DNA of 63,579 nt, filler included, from Pirum gemmata (taxonomy: Eukaryota), in NCBI GenBank assembly GCA_002812295.1. It is 22 parts of 22 records of this genome, joined end to end, with 100 filler letters (N's around TTAATTAATTAA, not from the genome) between each part and the next. Parts side by side here need not be neighbours in the genome. Positions count along the whole stretch, not along the records: positions 1 to 2,669 come from PDIN01004980.1; positions 2,770 to 5,483 come from PDIN01004981.1; positions 5,584 to 8,281 come from PDIN01004982.1; positions 8,382 to 11,919 come from PDIN01004983.1; positions 12,020 to 16,155 come from PDIN01004984.1; 17 more parts are not named here. One strand, given 5' to 3'. Below, piece by piece: positions 1 to 12,257 of the stretch (the first letter of the stretch is position 1; each line of letters begins with the position of its first letter). The notes under the pieces were generated by a model that ran no database searches, was not told the origin of the DNA, and was given only the letters and a program-made list of their open reading frames with translations. The position numbers and the translations under genes were made by a program.

Positions 1-776
<776 letters not shown>

Positions 777-1581
777 AATTTTGAAGTGGGTAGAGGTTGT
801 GAGTTACAAGCATGTTATTTGTTGTGATGATAATAATTGCAACTGTATTTGCACTTAGTGTTTTAGGAATTTATACAACAAAATAATAATAAATAAAACT
901 TGATTCAAAAAATAAACAGAAATAAAATAAAATAAAATACCCAGTGTGTGCATCGTAACGAAGAGAACTAGAGGTAAAAGGACGATAAAAAGTTTTAATC
1001 GTTTTGGCAACAGCCCGTGAGCCTTGCTGTGCTTGCATGTTTTAATAAACAGAAAGTAAACTGAAAACAAAAACTAAAACCAAAAAAACGATAAATTAAA
1101 AAAATTAAAATTTTGATTTTATTATATTGCAATACAAAGATTGTTGCAAACACAAACTCTTTTATATCACTGTAGTATCGTAGAGTCTATAAATAATCAA
1201 AGTAGACTAAGAATCAAAGTATGATCAACTGTGAAAAAATCTCGAGTTTAATATGCACGTGGCTTAAAAACACACCCAACTAATAAAAAACGGATTATTT
1301 TTGAACTCTAATTTAAAATATCAAATCATATTACTATATAGGCTTGTACTAAACAATAGCTTTTCGAATAATTTCAAAAAATTGATAAATTTCAAAAAAA
1401 TTCCTCAATTATATATAAACGAAAAGAAAACTAACCAAAAAAAAGTTGTTTTATCATATACAAAACTTTTTTTTTGGTTAGAATTTTTATTAATTTAGTG
1501 AGGATGAAGTTGAAATTACATTTTATAATACCCCTATTTTAAAGTTAGAAAGGTTTAGTCAACTTGAACAACTCTTGAACA

Positions 1582-1615
<34 letters not shown>

Positions 1616-1959
1616 AATTTTTACACTTATTGTTATTTACATATATAGATTATATTGTGCGTCTTTAATTCTCTTGTATTAAAACCTACCAAATTATCAT
1701 TATTGGTATGTTTTGAAAGAAAATATGTTTTAAATGTAGTCATTTATTAATTTTAAAACATACCAAATAAAAATTAATTTGCTAAAAAAAAAAAAAATCC
1801 CTCACAACAAGTTTTCCGCATAATTCGCCAAACCCTCACATTATTTATAGACTATATATATAAATAATAACATTATAAAAAAGCCCGAAAAAAACATGTT
1901 TTTTCGCCAATAAGATATTAGATCACATTATCACACCGCCTACAAAACTTACTTTCAAG

Positions 1960-1992
<33 letters not shown>

Positions 1993-2410
1993 AAAATAAA
2001 AAAGTGGAAAACTAGACATTGACATACTAGTAGGTATTATTATTATAATTATTATTACTGAGAATAAATACTAAATATTACATTAGTCTAGTCTTCCCCA
2101 AAACGTGGTCTTGGTTGAGCAGCTTGAGCTAGCTAGTAGCCGATAGTCTACAACTACTAGCTAGCTAGCTACTAGCTAGACTAGTGGCTAGCTAGCGTTA
2201 GCTAGACTACAACGTTCCACTACTAGCTAGCTGGCTAGCTACTAGCTATGCATAAATTTCCGGTCAAATACAGCTTCAAATACCCCTACCTACCTACCCC
2301 TTGACGTTAATTTTCAGTCAAATCCCGCCTACCTACCTACCCCTTGACGTGATGTATTATAAGACCATCGTGTTTTTCCCAGATTTTCATTCATTTATAA
2401 AATAGTCTAA

Positions 2411-2558
2411 AGGATGTCACTTATTCTTTGATAGAAGGCATTGCTCAAAAGTGTGACTTAAACTGTTTTAGGCAGTGATTAATTATTAAAATGAACTTTA
2501 AAATCATGACCAAAAGTGTTTCGGTCAAAGAGGCATAGGTAAGATTAGGTGACGTCCT
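2411..2558 (+). mobile_element. MITE-like family C (~150 bp)
   Basis: Termini AGGATGTCAC...GTGACGTCCT are inverted. Related copies at ~28785-28915, ~29160-29305 (reverse) and a partial at ~17930-17972. Confidence 0.7.
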
Positions 2559-2669
2559 TTCTTATGGATGATTCCTATCGATAAACAATTTCAATTATAC
2601 ACTTTTAAACAGTACCAAGTGCTTTTCATTTGTTTTGTCATCTGTTAAACCTGGGGATAACCACTACGC

Positions 2670-2769
2670 NNNNNNNNNNNNNNNNNNNNNNNNNNNNNNN
2701 NNNNNNNNNNNNNTTAATTAATTAANNNNNNNNNNNNNNNNNNNNNNNNNNNNNNNNNNNNNNNNNNNN
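2670..2769. other. Artificial contig-concatenation spacer (N44-TTAATTAATTAA-N44; stops in all six frames), first of 21 copies
   Basis: Identical 100-bp spacer starting at 2670, 5484, 8282, 11920, 16156, 18955, 21768, 24577, 27355, 30148, 32934, 35720, 38490, 41269, 43992, 46764, 49580, 52391, 55202, 58013, 60800; genes are truncated at these points. Confidence 0.97.
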
Positions 2770-4768
2770 ATATATATATATCGATAAATATCAAAAATCT
2801 TAAATCAAATATCAAATTAATATCGATTTTTTTTCGATAAAAATGGGGCTCGATAGCTGGCTCGATGTTGTTACAAGTGTTTCGATTAATAAATAAATTT
2901 TCGATTTTCTTCTGAAAATAGCGATGAAAAAATTATCGGTACTAAACACTACTCTACACTTTCCACAATTTTTGGCTCTCAAAGTTTTGATCTTATTTTG
3001 TCTTCCGTATTTCAAAAATCACCACCTCCCTCGCGTCCCAGGCTACTTTTGTCAGTGAGTCGGGAAACATACAAAACACATAATTACAAAATCTGGTTGA
3101 CTATAATTTTTATACCCCCCTCCCCACTAAATATTTTCGACAATTTTTGACACTCATAGCTTTGTTCTTATTTTATCTTTCATATTTCAAAACTTAACCA
3201 GGTAACACCCCCTTTCTCGCATCCAAAGCTACTTTCGACAATGATGAGTCGGGGAACACTCTTAAATACACTCTGACTTCCCAGGACCTTTTCGCATCCC
3301 AAAATTTATTTGATAAAGAAACAGATTCCCAGAAAATTCTTAAAAAAAACAGTAGCTCCAGCGCAAATCTTTTTGAGAGCAACGATGAAGACTTGTCGGA
3401 CCACTTAGATTTGGGCTTTGACTTCGGCATATAGGAGCGGTAAGGTTGTATTAGAACACTAAAATAGTGTTTAAAAGTATTTTTATGCTACTACTCCTAC
3501 CATTATTGCTACTCTCAATGACCACCTGGTACAAAAGGCGAATGCTGTTATTACAACCAGCCGTATTTGGTATAATTATAAACTCGCATATTAAATATAT
3601 AATTCGAATATACTAACTTTTCGAACATAAGCGATTAATATATTTGAAATGCAATATATATATATATATATTACACCAAAGTTAAAGTTAGCGAAAAAAA
3701 AATGAACTTTATTGATTGAGAAAGCGGAATGTTACAAAAAAACAAAAAATTACAAAATATATTTGAAACCCCCCGACCATTCCCGTGTTCCCACGCTAAA
3801 ATGTTGACTATTTAAAAGTATTGGCTGGGAAGGACAAGTCATATATAGCTCTAACCCAGCTATTTTTTAAGACCACGGACGATTGTGTAAGTTATGCTAG
3901 GCATTATATTGTACTTTTTTTTTCTAGTAGTTAGTTAGATGCATTTATTAGCAACAAAATTGAAGGAGGAATAAAATAATAAAACCTCGATATCGATTTT
4001 TAAGTACCAAAATTCTTAAATCGTAAATATCTATCTATATATTCGATTTTCGATTTTTTTTCTTTTAAAGAAATCGTGGAGATTTCGATTCAAAGGCTGG
4101 CATGATTAATTTCAGTTTTTTATATACTCTTCTTCAGTCTCTACTCAGAAAGTCCAGGGTTAGATTCCCCGCAACTACCACCAAAAACAAAAAAACAAAC
4201 TTACTAAAACTCTACATTGTAGGCCTCACTAAAAACTTCAACTGAGCAAGTTTTGCTAACAGTTTAAGTCTCGCTTTGTCTGCACCAAGAAGGTACAGGA
4301 TTACATTCCCCGCAACTACCCCCCCCCCCCCAAAAAAAAAAAAAATACTTTAGGCCTCTAAAAAAACTTCAACTGAGCAAGTTTCGCTAGGATGTTCGAG
4401 CAAGTCTCGCTTAAAAACTTCATACGTGTAAACACTTACGGCTCTCTCTTCAACATCGTAGACCCATAGTTATTAGTCTCTAGGTTGGATTGCCTGAATC
4501 GTAACCAGAACACTACAACTCGAATACTTTTCATTAAGAGAAACCGGATCATTTTCAATAAAAAACATTCTATTTTTTAAAAAAAAACAAAAATATCCAA
4601 GCTACACTAATATTATAAAGAAAAATTACTCTTTGTGTGTTATTATTGACCAGGAGAAATTAAAATCAACCCATTAAATAACTTTTGTTTACTATTTCAA
4701 AAAAAAAAAAAAATGCAGAAAAATGTCGATTTATCTGAAATAACCAAAATGATTGTTTCACTTTTCAT

Positions 4769-5030
4769 TTACCTTTTCTTTTTCTTTTTTTTTTTTCCTG
4801 TACTGTTGGGGTTTCTCTTTTGATGGTTCAAAATTTTTTCCCTTGGATCATTGGCCAACTCCTTTTCAGCTTTGAGAGTTTTTTTCTTGCCTTTTTTGTT
4901 GATTAATTCACTTTCGCATTTACAACATTTACAATTGAAATTGTAAATCGAATATAAATCTGCTTGTCTGGTAGACCTATATACATACATATATATAAAT
5001 ATATATACATATATATATTAATAAAACTAT

Positions 5031-5070
<40 letters not shown>

Positions 5071-5456
5071 TTGTATTAAGAAATTATCTATGGTAAGCTA
5101 AAATTTGATATTGATTTTAGAGCTAAAGATAGAGAGGGTTGAGCGTTAAGTTGGAAATATGCATTTTTAAAAAAAGAAATAAGAGCTTAGTGTTAAGGCC
5201 AAGGGCATACGGGTTAGGGTTAGGGGTTAGTGATTGGGGGTTGGGGGTTAGGGGTTGGAGCTAGGATTAGTTTGAGGGGAGGGGTCGGTATTTTTCTTGC
5301 GAATGATTACAAATAGTAACTCGTTTCTCAAATGGCTTGCAGTGATTTTTTTTACCTTGGTTTATCAGTATTAATGTATTCTATGTGCAATTCTTCGCCA
5401 ATCTGTATATCTCGCTTTGCTACAAATTGGTTGACAGTATCACTGCCACCAACAAC
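4769..5456 (-). CDS. SMYD-type SET-domain protein, last two exons
   Basis: Exon 5456-5356 (VVGGSDTVNQFVAKRDIQIGEELHIEYINTDKP) splices via GT-AG in frame to exon 4976-4769 (RSTRQADLYSIYNFNCKCCKC...*). This gives the SET C-terminal 'RDI..GEEL.I.Y' plus the post-SET 'Y.F.C.C..C' motif. Confidence 0.8.
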
Positions 5457-5896
5457 CTGAGAGACTAATTAATAAAAAATAAANNNNNNNNNNNNNNNNN
5501 NNNNNNNNNNNNNNNNNNNNNNNNNNNTTAATTAATTAANNNNNNNNNNNNNNNNNNNNNNNNNNNNNNNNNNNNNNNNNNNNATTCCAAAATTTTTAAT
5601 GTAATAATACAGGCATTAATTTTGTTTCTTACAAAAAAATAAATGAATAAATAAATAATATTAATATATAATAATAAAAAAAAAAACCAAAAAATCAAAA
5701 AACCAAAAAAACCAAAAAACCGAAAACCATAAAACCATAAAAACAAAAAACAAAAAACCTAAAGCAAACAACAACAACGTAACAACATAACAACATAATT
5801 TTAAAAGTTATCAAACACTAAAAAAGTGGAAGTAACAAGAAAAAATAATATTGTTATTAATAATTTAACAATAATATTATCATGATAATAGTAAAG

Positions 5897-7057
5897 ATGT
5901 TTGGTCAAATATTGTTTTTATTTTTTTGGTGTTTTGGCATTGTGTGTAATGCAGTGAAAACGCCCTTCGTTCATAAAAATGGAAAGTTTCAATTTGCTGA
6001 CGGGCGAGACTTTGGCTTTATAGCAGGTACTGAAATTCACTTAAAATTAATATATTCTTTGTTACTAAATTGTAAAATTGGCATTCAATACTAATTAAGT
6101 AATCATCAATTAAAAAAACAATCACGTTTTAATAACCAATGCATTAAAACACTACTAATACTACTAGGAAGCAACAACAGTAACAATAACTACTACAACC
6201 TTGAACACTTACCCCACTACCGGGGTACCTCTACTACTACTACTACTTAAACTGCCATCACCCCCATCATCACCATCATCACCACCATCACCATCATCAC
6301 CATCATCACCATCATCACCATCATCACTATCGCCCCCATAGCCATCACCACTATCAACTAACAACACTACTACCACCACTAATATTACCACTACTACTAT
6401 ATATATATTACAACAACTGATAATAATATTGTATAATTGACATAATTTTTAACCACGTGCATAGGAGCAAATATTGGGGCAAGTAAACCTGGTTCAGATC
6501 CAGGTACTTTATCAGTGTCTAAAGATGCATATCTTCGTCAGTTTGAATACTGTTCTCAATTAAATATCAACACAGTAAGAATATACACAATATTAGGACC
6601 AGAATTTTATGATGCTTTGTACGAATGGAATCAAAAGGCTTCCGATTATGATAAGGTATGATCTACTATCTTTCATTTTTTTTCCCATTTTTTTTTCATT
6701 TTTTCTTTACTGCGGTTCTTGTTTTTTAAAATTTTTTAGCAACGCAAAAAGGAATGATTTTTTTTGTATTTATAATTTTTCTAAAAAATATAAATTATTT
6801 TAAAATCAACTCTAACCCTAACCCTAAACTGTATTATTATGTGTAGGTTTACCTAATTCAAGGCATTTGGACTCCAGAAGGTACGAATATTTGAAAATTG
6901 TTGTGTTTTTTTTATTTATTCATTTTTTTTTTTTGGCATAAATACATTATTTTCATATGAATATCAACAACAACAACAACAATTATATATATACATATAT
7001 ATATGTGCACACAAATTCTAACACTATAATTACGTGTATACGTAGAGGAACTAACAC

Positions 7058-7088
<31 letters not shown>

Positions 7089-8234
7089 CAAATTCTAACA
7101 CTATATAATTACGTGTATACGTAGAGGAACTAACGCACAATGGACCGGGTGGTGGTTCGGCTGACGCCAATTTACCCGAAATCAGAAGTGCGATGAAAGA
7201 TAACATTGAAAGAGTAGTGCGTGCACTTCATGGTGATGGCACTATTGCCAATGACGCTGGTTCTGGCTTTTACACCAGTGTAGTTGCTGATTATGTTCTC
7301 GGTTTTATTATGGGAACGGAATGGGGTCCTACAACAGGTAAAAAAAAAAAAAAAAAAAAAAAAAAGTTTTTATTATATTTTTTTTATTATGAACTGGATT
7401 TGGTTTTTTAATTAAAGAAAACCACAATCAAGTTTGTTCTCGATCAATTTTTTCAAAGTTTCATATATCTTAACCCTAATCCTTATCCTAATCCTTATCC
7501 TAATCCTTATCCTAATCCCATCCTTTTGGTTTGCGTACTAATATAATATATATATATATTAATTAATATATATATACATAAATATATTATCGCGATACAA
7601 AAAGTATGGCGCACAATTCATGGTCTTGGACATGGTAAAACTAGTTACAAAGGGAAATACGTTCAAACAAAAGATTCACAAAAAGTCACCGAGTTTGAGG
7701 CTTGGTTAGCAGAAATGTTGAATCATTTAGCTATACAGAATATGAAATTTGGTTATGCCCACCCATTGTCGCATAGTAATTGGGTAACAACAGACCAAAT
7801 TTATGCCCCACTTGAACAGAAATTCAACTTGAATTTAACTGGTGCCCCTGGTGAAACTGTTGAATACGCTGAAGGTAATATGATAATAATATTGATAATG
7901 ATAGTAGTAGTGGTGGTGGTGTTGGGAGTAGTAGTTAGTAGTAGTTAGTAGTAGTTAGTAGTAGTTAGCAATAGTTAGTAGTAGTTAGTGGTAGTTAGTA
8001 GTAGTTAGTAGTAGTTAGTAGTAGTTAGTAGTAGTTAGTTTGATAATTAATTTGTTTTTACTCTTACAATTATAATTTCAGATTGGATGCACGTAGACGC
8101 TAGACATATCGAAACAACAAGTGAATGGCCTGCAGGGTATTATTTCAATCAGCACGCATATCCTTATTATCCTGATTTTTTAAAACACAACTTGACTAAG
8201 AGAGGAGTCCCAGATCATGCTCTCGAAACCACTG
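5897..8234 (+). CDS. Secreted glycoside-hydrolase-like (TIM-barrel) protein of bacterial type; 6 exons, 3' truncated
   Basis: Exons 5897-6026, 6465-6655, 6847-6880, 7125-7337, 7605-7874, 8082-8234; all GT-AG and phase-compatible. Signal-peptide-like N-terminus. Motifs GANIGASKPG, NINTVRIYTI, YLIQGIW, GFIMGTEW, FEAWLAEM, SNWVTTD, HAYPYYPDFL. An alternative ATG lies at 5882. Confidence 0.8.
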
Positions 8235-8530
8235 GTAAAAATTAGTTGTATTTAAATATACTGTTACTAATAATAATAATANNNNNNNNNNNNNNNNNNN
8301 NNNNNNNNNNNNNNNNNNNNNNNNNTTAATTAATTAANNNNNNNNNNNNNNNNNNNNNNNNNNNNNNNNNNNNNNNNNNNNTTATTAAAAATACATAATA
8401 AAAATACATAATAAAAATTATTTATTGTGACGGCATCCGTGCTAACCCTATACCCTAACCCTAACCCTAACCCTAACCCTAACCCTAACCCTAACCCTAA
8501 CCCTAACCCTACTTTAGTCCCTATGATAGT

Positions 8531-8725
8531 ATCTTGTTTTTCAATAGTGTTGACCAGTTCAATAACTGAAATAAGCGTACCATATTATTGTAGTTAAACT
8601 ATCAGGCATGTTTTAATTAATTTGGTATTTTATGTTGAATATTGTATTTTATAAATAAGTTCAATTATACACTTAAACAATACCAAATTAAAGATTGAGA
8701 GGACAACTGTAATGAAATAGACGAT
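8531..8725 (-). mobile_element. MITE-like family E (~190 bp)
   Basis: Shares the core ATCTTTAATTTGGTA..GTTTAAGTGTATAATTGAACTT..AAAATACCAAATTAATTAAAACATG with copies at ~53325-53490, ~58765-58940 and 61971-62154. Ends are imperfect inverted repeats (TCGT..TTCA / TGAAAAACACGA). Confidence 0.7.
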
Positions 8726-8861
8726 ACATAAGAATATTAAATACCCCCGCCCTCACACAAAAACGACAGCCTAATTGACAAATAAAACAAGCAAAAATAA
8801 AATAAATGAAAAAAAAACAAATCAAATATAGAAGATACAAATAATAAATAACTGCACTCAC

Positions 8862-8900
<39 letters not shown>

Positions 8901-9075
8901 GTAGAAACAACGTTCAATTGAAAAATAATAATAATAATAGTAATAAAAATAAACAAAAATAAAATAAACAAAAATAAAATAAACGAAACAAATAAACAAA
9001 ATAAAAATATATACTAAACTAAACTAAACTAAAAAAAAAGCAACTCAAATATAGTAGATAAGAATAATAAGTAAC

Positions 9076-9611
9076 CTGACACACAAATAACAACGTTTAA
9101 TCGACTTTTTCCTTCTGGTGTCATTGGTTCAAAAACACATTCTTTAACTTCAGCCAATCGATTACACATGGCATTCCCGGCTAAGCCAATCCCTGATACC
9201 GCCCACAAACTGGTGGTCAGCGCTATCCCACCAGCATGTGCAAAAAATGCACCGGCACTGGCACCTAGGGTTAGGGTTAGAGTTAGGGTTAGGGTTAGAG
9301 TTAGAGCAAGGGTTAGGGTTAGGGTTAGAGCAAGGGTTAGGGTTAGGGTTAGGGTTAGGGTTAGGGTTAGGGTTAGGGTTAGGGTTAGGGTAACAGGGTT
9401 AGGGTTCGGGTTAGNAATAATAATACTAATACTAATACTAATAGTAATGGTAATGGTAATGGTAATGGTAATGGTAATGGTACATACCTACTCTGTCTGC
9501 TTTATTTATGACTCTACCCCAGGGCTGGTCGATTAAATTGGTGAGACGAAGCAATTGTAAAGGTATTGCAAACGCAAATAAAACACCACTTAAAATTGTA
9601 TGTTTTAATAT
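9076..9611 (-). CDS. TMCO4/DUF726-family protein, two internal exons
   Basis: Exon 9611-9488: ILKHTILSGVLFAFAIPLQLLRLTNLIDQPWGRVINKADRVG. Exon 9264-9076: GASAGAFFAHAGGIALTTSLWAVSGIGLAGNAMCNRLAEVKECVFEPM...LNVVICVSG. Both are bounded by AG/GT and both resemble conserved DUF726 blocks. Their order is reversed across the N at 9415. Confidence 0.72.
9266..9414 (+). repeat. Interstitial telomere-type (TTAGGG)n array, one of many
   Basis: Other arrays, in either orientation, at about 8443-8510, 9820-9867, 14087-14182, 14893-15010, 16256-16302, 18089-18272, 32093-32240, 32460-32933 (degenerate), 34800-34852, 39386-39781, 40048-40087, 45410-45720, 48461-48630. Confidence 0.95.
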
Positions 9612-10022
9612 CTAAAAGTATTAAAATTAATAGTATTAGTACCGGTAATAGTAATAGTAATGGTAATGGTAATAGTAATAGTAATAGTAACAGTAATAGT
9701 AACAGTAATAGTAATAGTAATAGTAATATTAATAATAATAATAATAGTAATAGTAATAGTAATAGTAATAGTAACCGTAATAGTAATAGTAACAACAATA
9801 ATAATGAATAATAAATGAAACCCTAACCCTAACCCTAACCCTAACCCTAACCCTAACCCTAACCCTAGTAATAGTAATAGTAATAGTAATAGTAATAGTA
9901 ATAGTAATAGTAATATTAATAGTAATAGTAATGAAAATAAATTAATAATAATAATCAAAGTAATAATAGTAATAGTAGTAGTAATAGTAATAGTAATAGT
10001 AATAGTAATAATAATAATAGTA

Positions 10023-10058
<36 letters not shown>

Positions 10059-10500
10059 CCAACCTCAACACCAACACCCACCAACACCAACACCAACATC
10101 ACCAACATCACTAATACTGAACAAACAACGAACAACAAAAAATAACAAATAATAAATAACAAATATCACATATCACATATCACATATCACATAACACATA
10201 AAAAATAACACATAACAATAACAAATAACAAATAACAAATAACAAAAAAGAAACAACCGAAACCGAAACCGAAAACGGACAACAAAACAACAAAGCACCA
10301 AAACAACAAAACAACAAAACAACAAAACAACAAAACAACAAAACAACAAAACAACAAAACAACAAAACAACAAAACAACAAAACAACAAAACAACAAAAC
10401 AACAAAACAACAAAACAACAAAACAACAAAACAACAAAACAACAAAACAACAAAACAACAAAATACACTTTATTAAAAATCTTATAATTTTCGTTCTTAC

Positions 10501-10598
10501 TTGTAAGTAGGTTGTTGCTTTATAGGTTTTTCTCTCCAACTTTTCAAAGACCAGATACTGCCATCATCTTTAAACCGCTTGGCCTCCGACTCCGACAT
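10501..10598 (-). CDS. Probable first exon of a class II DAHP synthase (shikimate pathway)
   Basis: ATG at 10598 gives MSESEAKRFKDDGSIWSLKSWREKPIKQQPTY, then a GTAAG donor. W...SWR.KPIKQQP.Y is the typical class II DAHP synthase N-terminus. Only 32 codons are available. Confidence 0.6.
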
Positions 10599-11190
10599 GC
10601 TTGTATAATATAACAAAATGAAAACCAAATAAAAGTGGACGTAAAATTACTAAAAACAATCAAAATGTTGTGTGTGTGTGTGTGTGTAATGATAATGATA
10701 ACAACAATAATATTTAAATAATACAGAGAATATATCAGGATAATACACTGAATATATATCAGGATATCATACTATAGTTTTATATGATAAGAGTGTTAGT
10801 GTTATACGGGGGAGAGTATTGATAGCTAACCCTAAATAGACTCAAGAGGTCCAACATTCCTTCTCCAAGTTTTAGATTTTATCGAAAAGTTTAAACGTCA
10901 CAATTAGTTTTTTTGCGTCATTAATTTAAATAGTATTTCGTAATATTTCATTTATTTTTTCACTCCAATTATTTATTTGGTTGTTTATAATATTTAAATT
11001 GGCACTTTTAAATAAATAAGTATATAATAAAATATACCAAATTAAATGAAATGGGTTTATATTGTATTAATTTGGTATTTTTTATCGAAAAGCATTATCA
11101 TATGATGCAAGTTTACTCACACGTTCACTAGCTCCGTTCACTACTACTAGTAGCTAGCTAGCTAGCTAGGACATGAGTGCAAGAGGCATT

Positions 11191-11439
11191 GCATGAGGAG
11201 GGATGACATGACGTCATAATACTAACACCAACCTAGGGTACGGCAAAAATTGAAAATTTGACTTAAATTGCTATAAAAAATTAACTTATAACTATTAATA
11301 GTAATACTTAATATAGAAAACTACTATTTTAAGGATATAAATATCTATTTTAAGTAATAATTTTTGCCATCTCAATTCCTTTTGTAACCTACCGGTATCT
11401 CCAAATTTCTGCCAAAGGGGATGTCATCCCTCCTATTGC
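11191..11439. mobile_element. MITE-like family G (~245 bp)
   Basis: Ends GCATGAGGAGGGATGACAT / ATGTCATCCCTCCTATTGC are inverted. A similarly built element lies at 34970-35210 (GTAGGGGTGAGAT / ATCTCACCCCTAC). Confidence 0.6.
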
Positions 11440-12257
11440 ATGCAACCATTTTTAGCATTTTTTACAACAGTTGTGATATCTTATTGGGCAACTTTGAAAA
11501 CTATTAATTGGCGCCATTTATTCCAAAAGAAGATAATTTTGATAGTTATTACAATGTGTATTAGCTTTTTGGTAGTCTTTAAGTCTATAAGCTGGGTGAA
11601 AAGTTACACTGAAAACAGGATTTTTTTTGACCAGGATCCTGTTTTCAGCATTTCAAAAAGGGGCCTGAATTTGGGCCCTGAAACCAGTATTTTACTATAT
11701 ATAGAAAAAAATATTACTTAAATTAGTATAATGTTTATATTTAGAGCAACAAAATTGCAAATCCTGTTTTCAGATTTTTACTTGGTCTATGTAGTAGTAG
11801 TAGAGCATAGTATAGACTATATAGTCTAGAGTCTAAGCACCAAATAATATTATAATACCCTTTACAATACCGGTATCGGATAATATTGATAAATAATAAT
11901 TTATAATAATAATAATAATNNNNNNNNNNNNNNNNNNNNNNNNNNNNNNNNNNNNNNNNNNNNTTAATTAATTAANNNNNNNNNNNNNNNNNNNNNNNNN
12001 NNNNNNNNNNNNNNNNNNNTATTATTATTGTTATTGTTCAAAGCCAATTGTTATACTTTGCTTTTAATTTATTTCAAGAAAATTTTCTACTAGTTTGATC
12101 TAGTATTATTGTTTAAAATCGAATAGATTTAATTTACACTTAATTGTTAAGATGAATTACAATACCGTTGTGAATGACATCTAACTTACAGCAAAAACAA
12201 TATACAGTCATTGAAATTGCTTGTAAATTATAAAAAGTATATATAAATCACGAACCT

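Noticed and set aside
9514..10468. Many ORFs of poly-L/I/N or FCCFVVLL repeats (also 12228-13001, 32435-32768, 37524-38077, 39359-39770, 43681-45240, 47534-48270, 49860-51978)
   Set aside because: Translations of microsatellites and telomere-type repeats; no coding signal.
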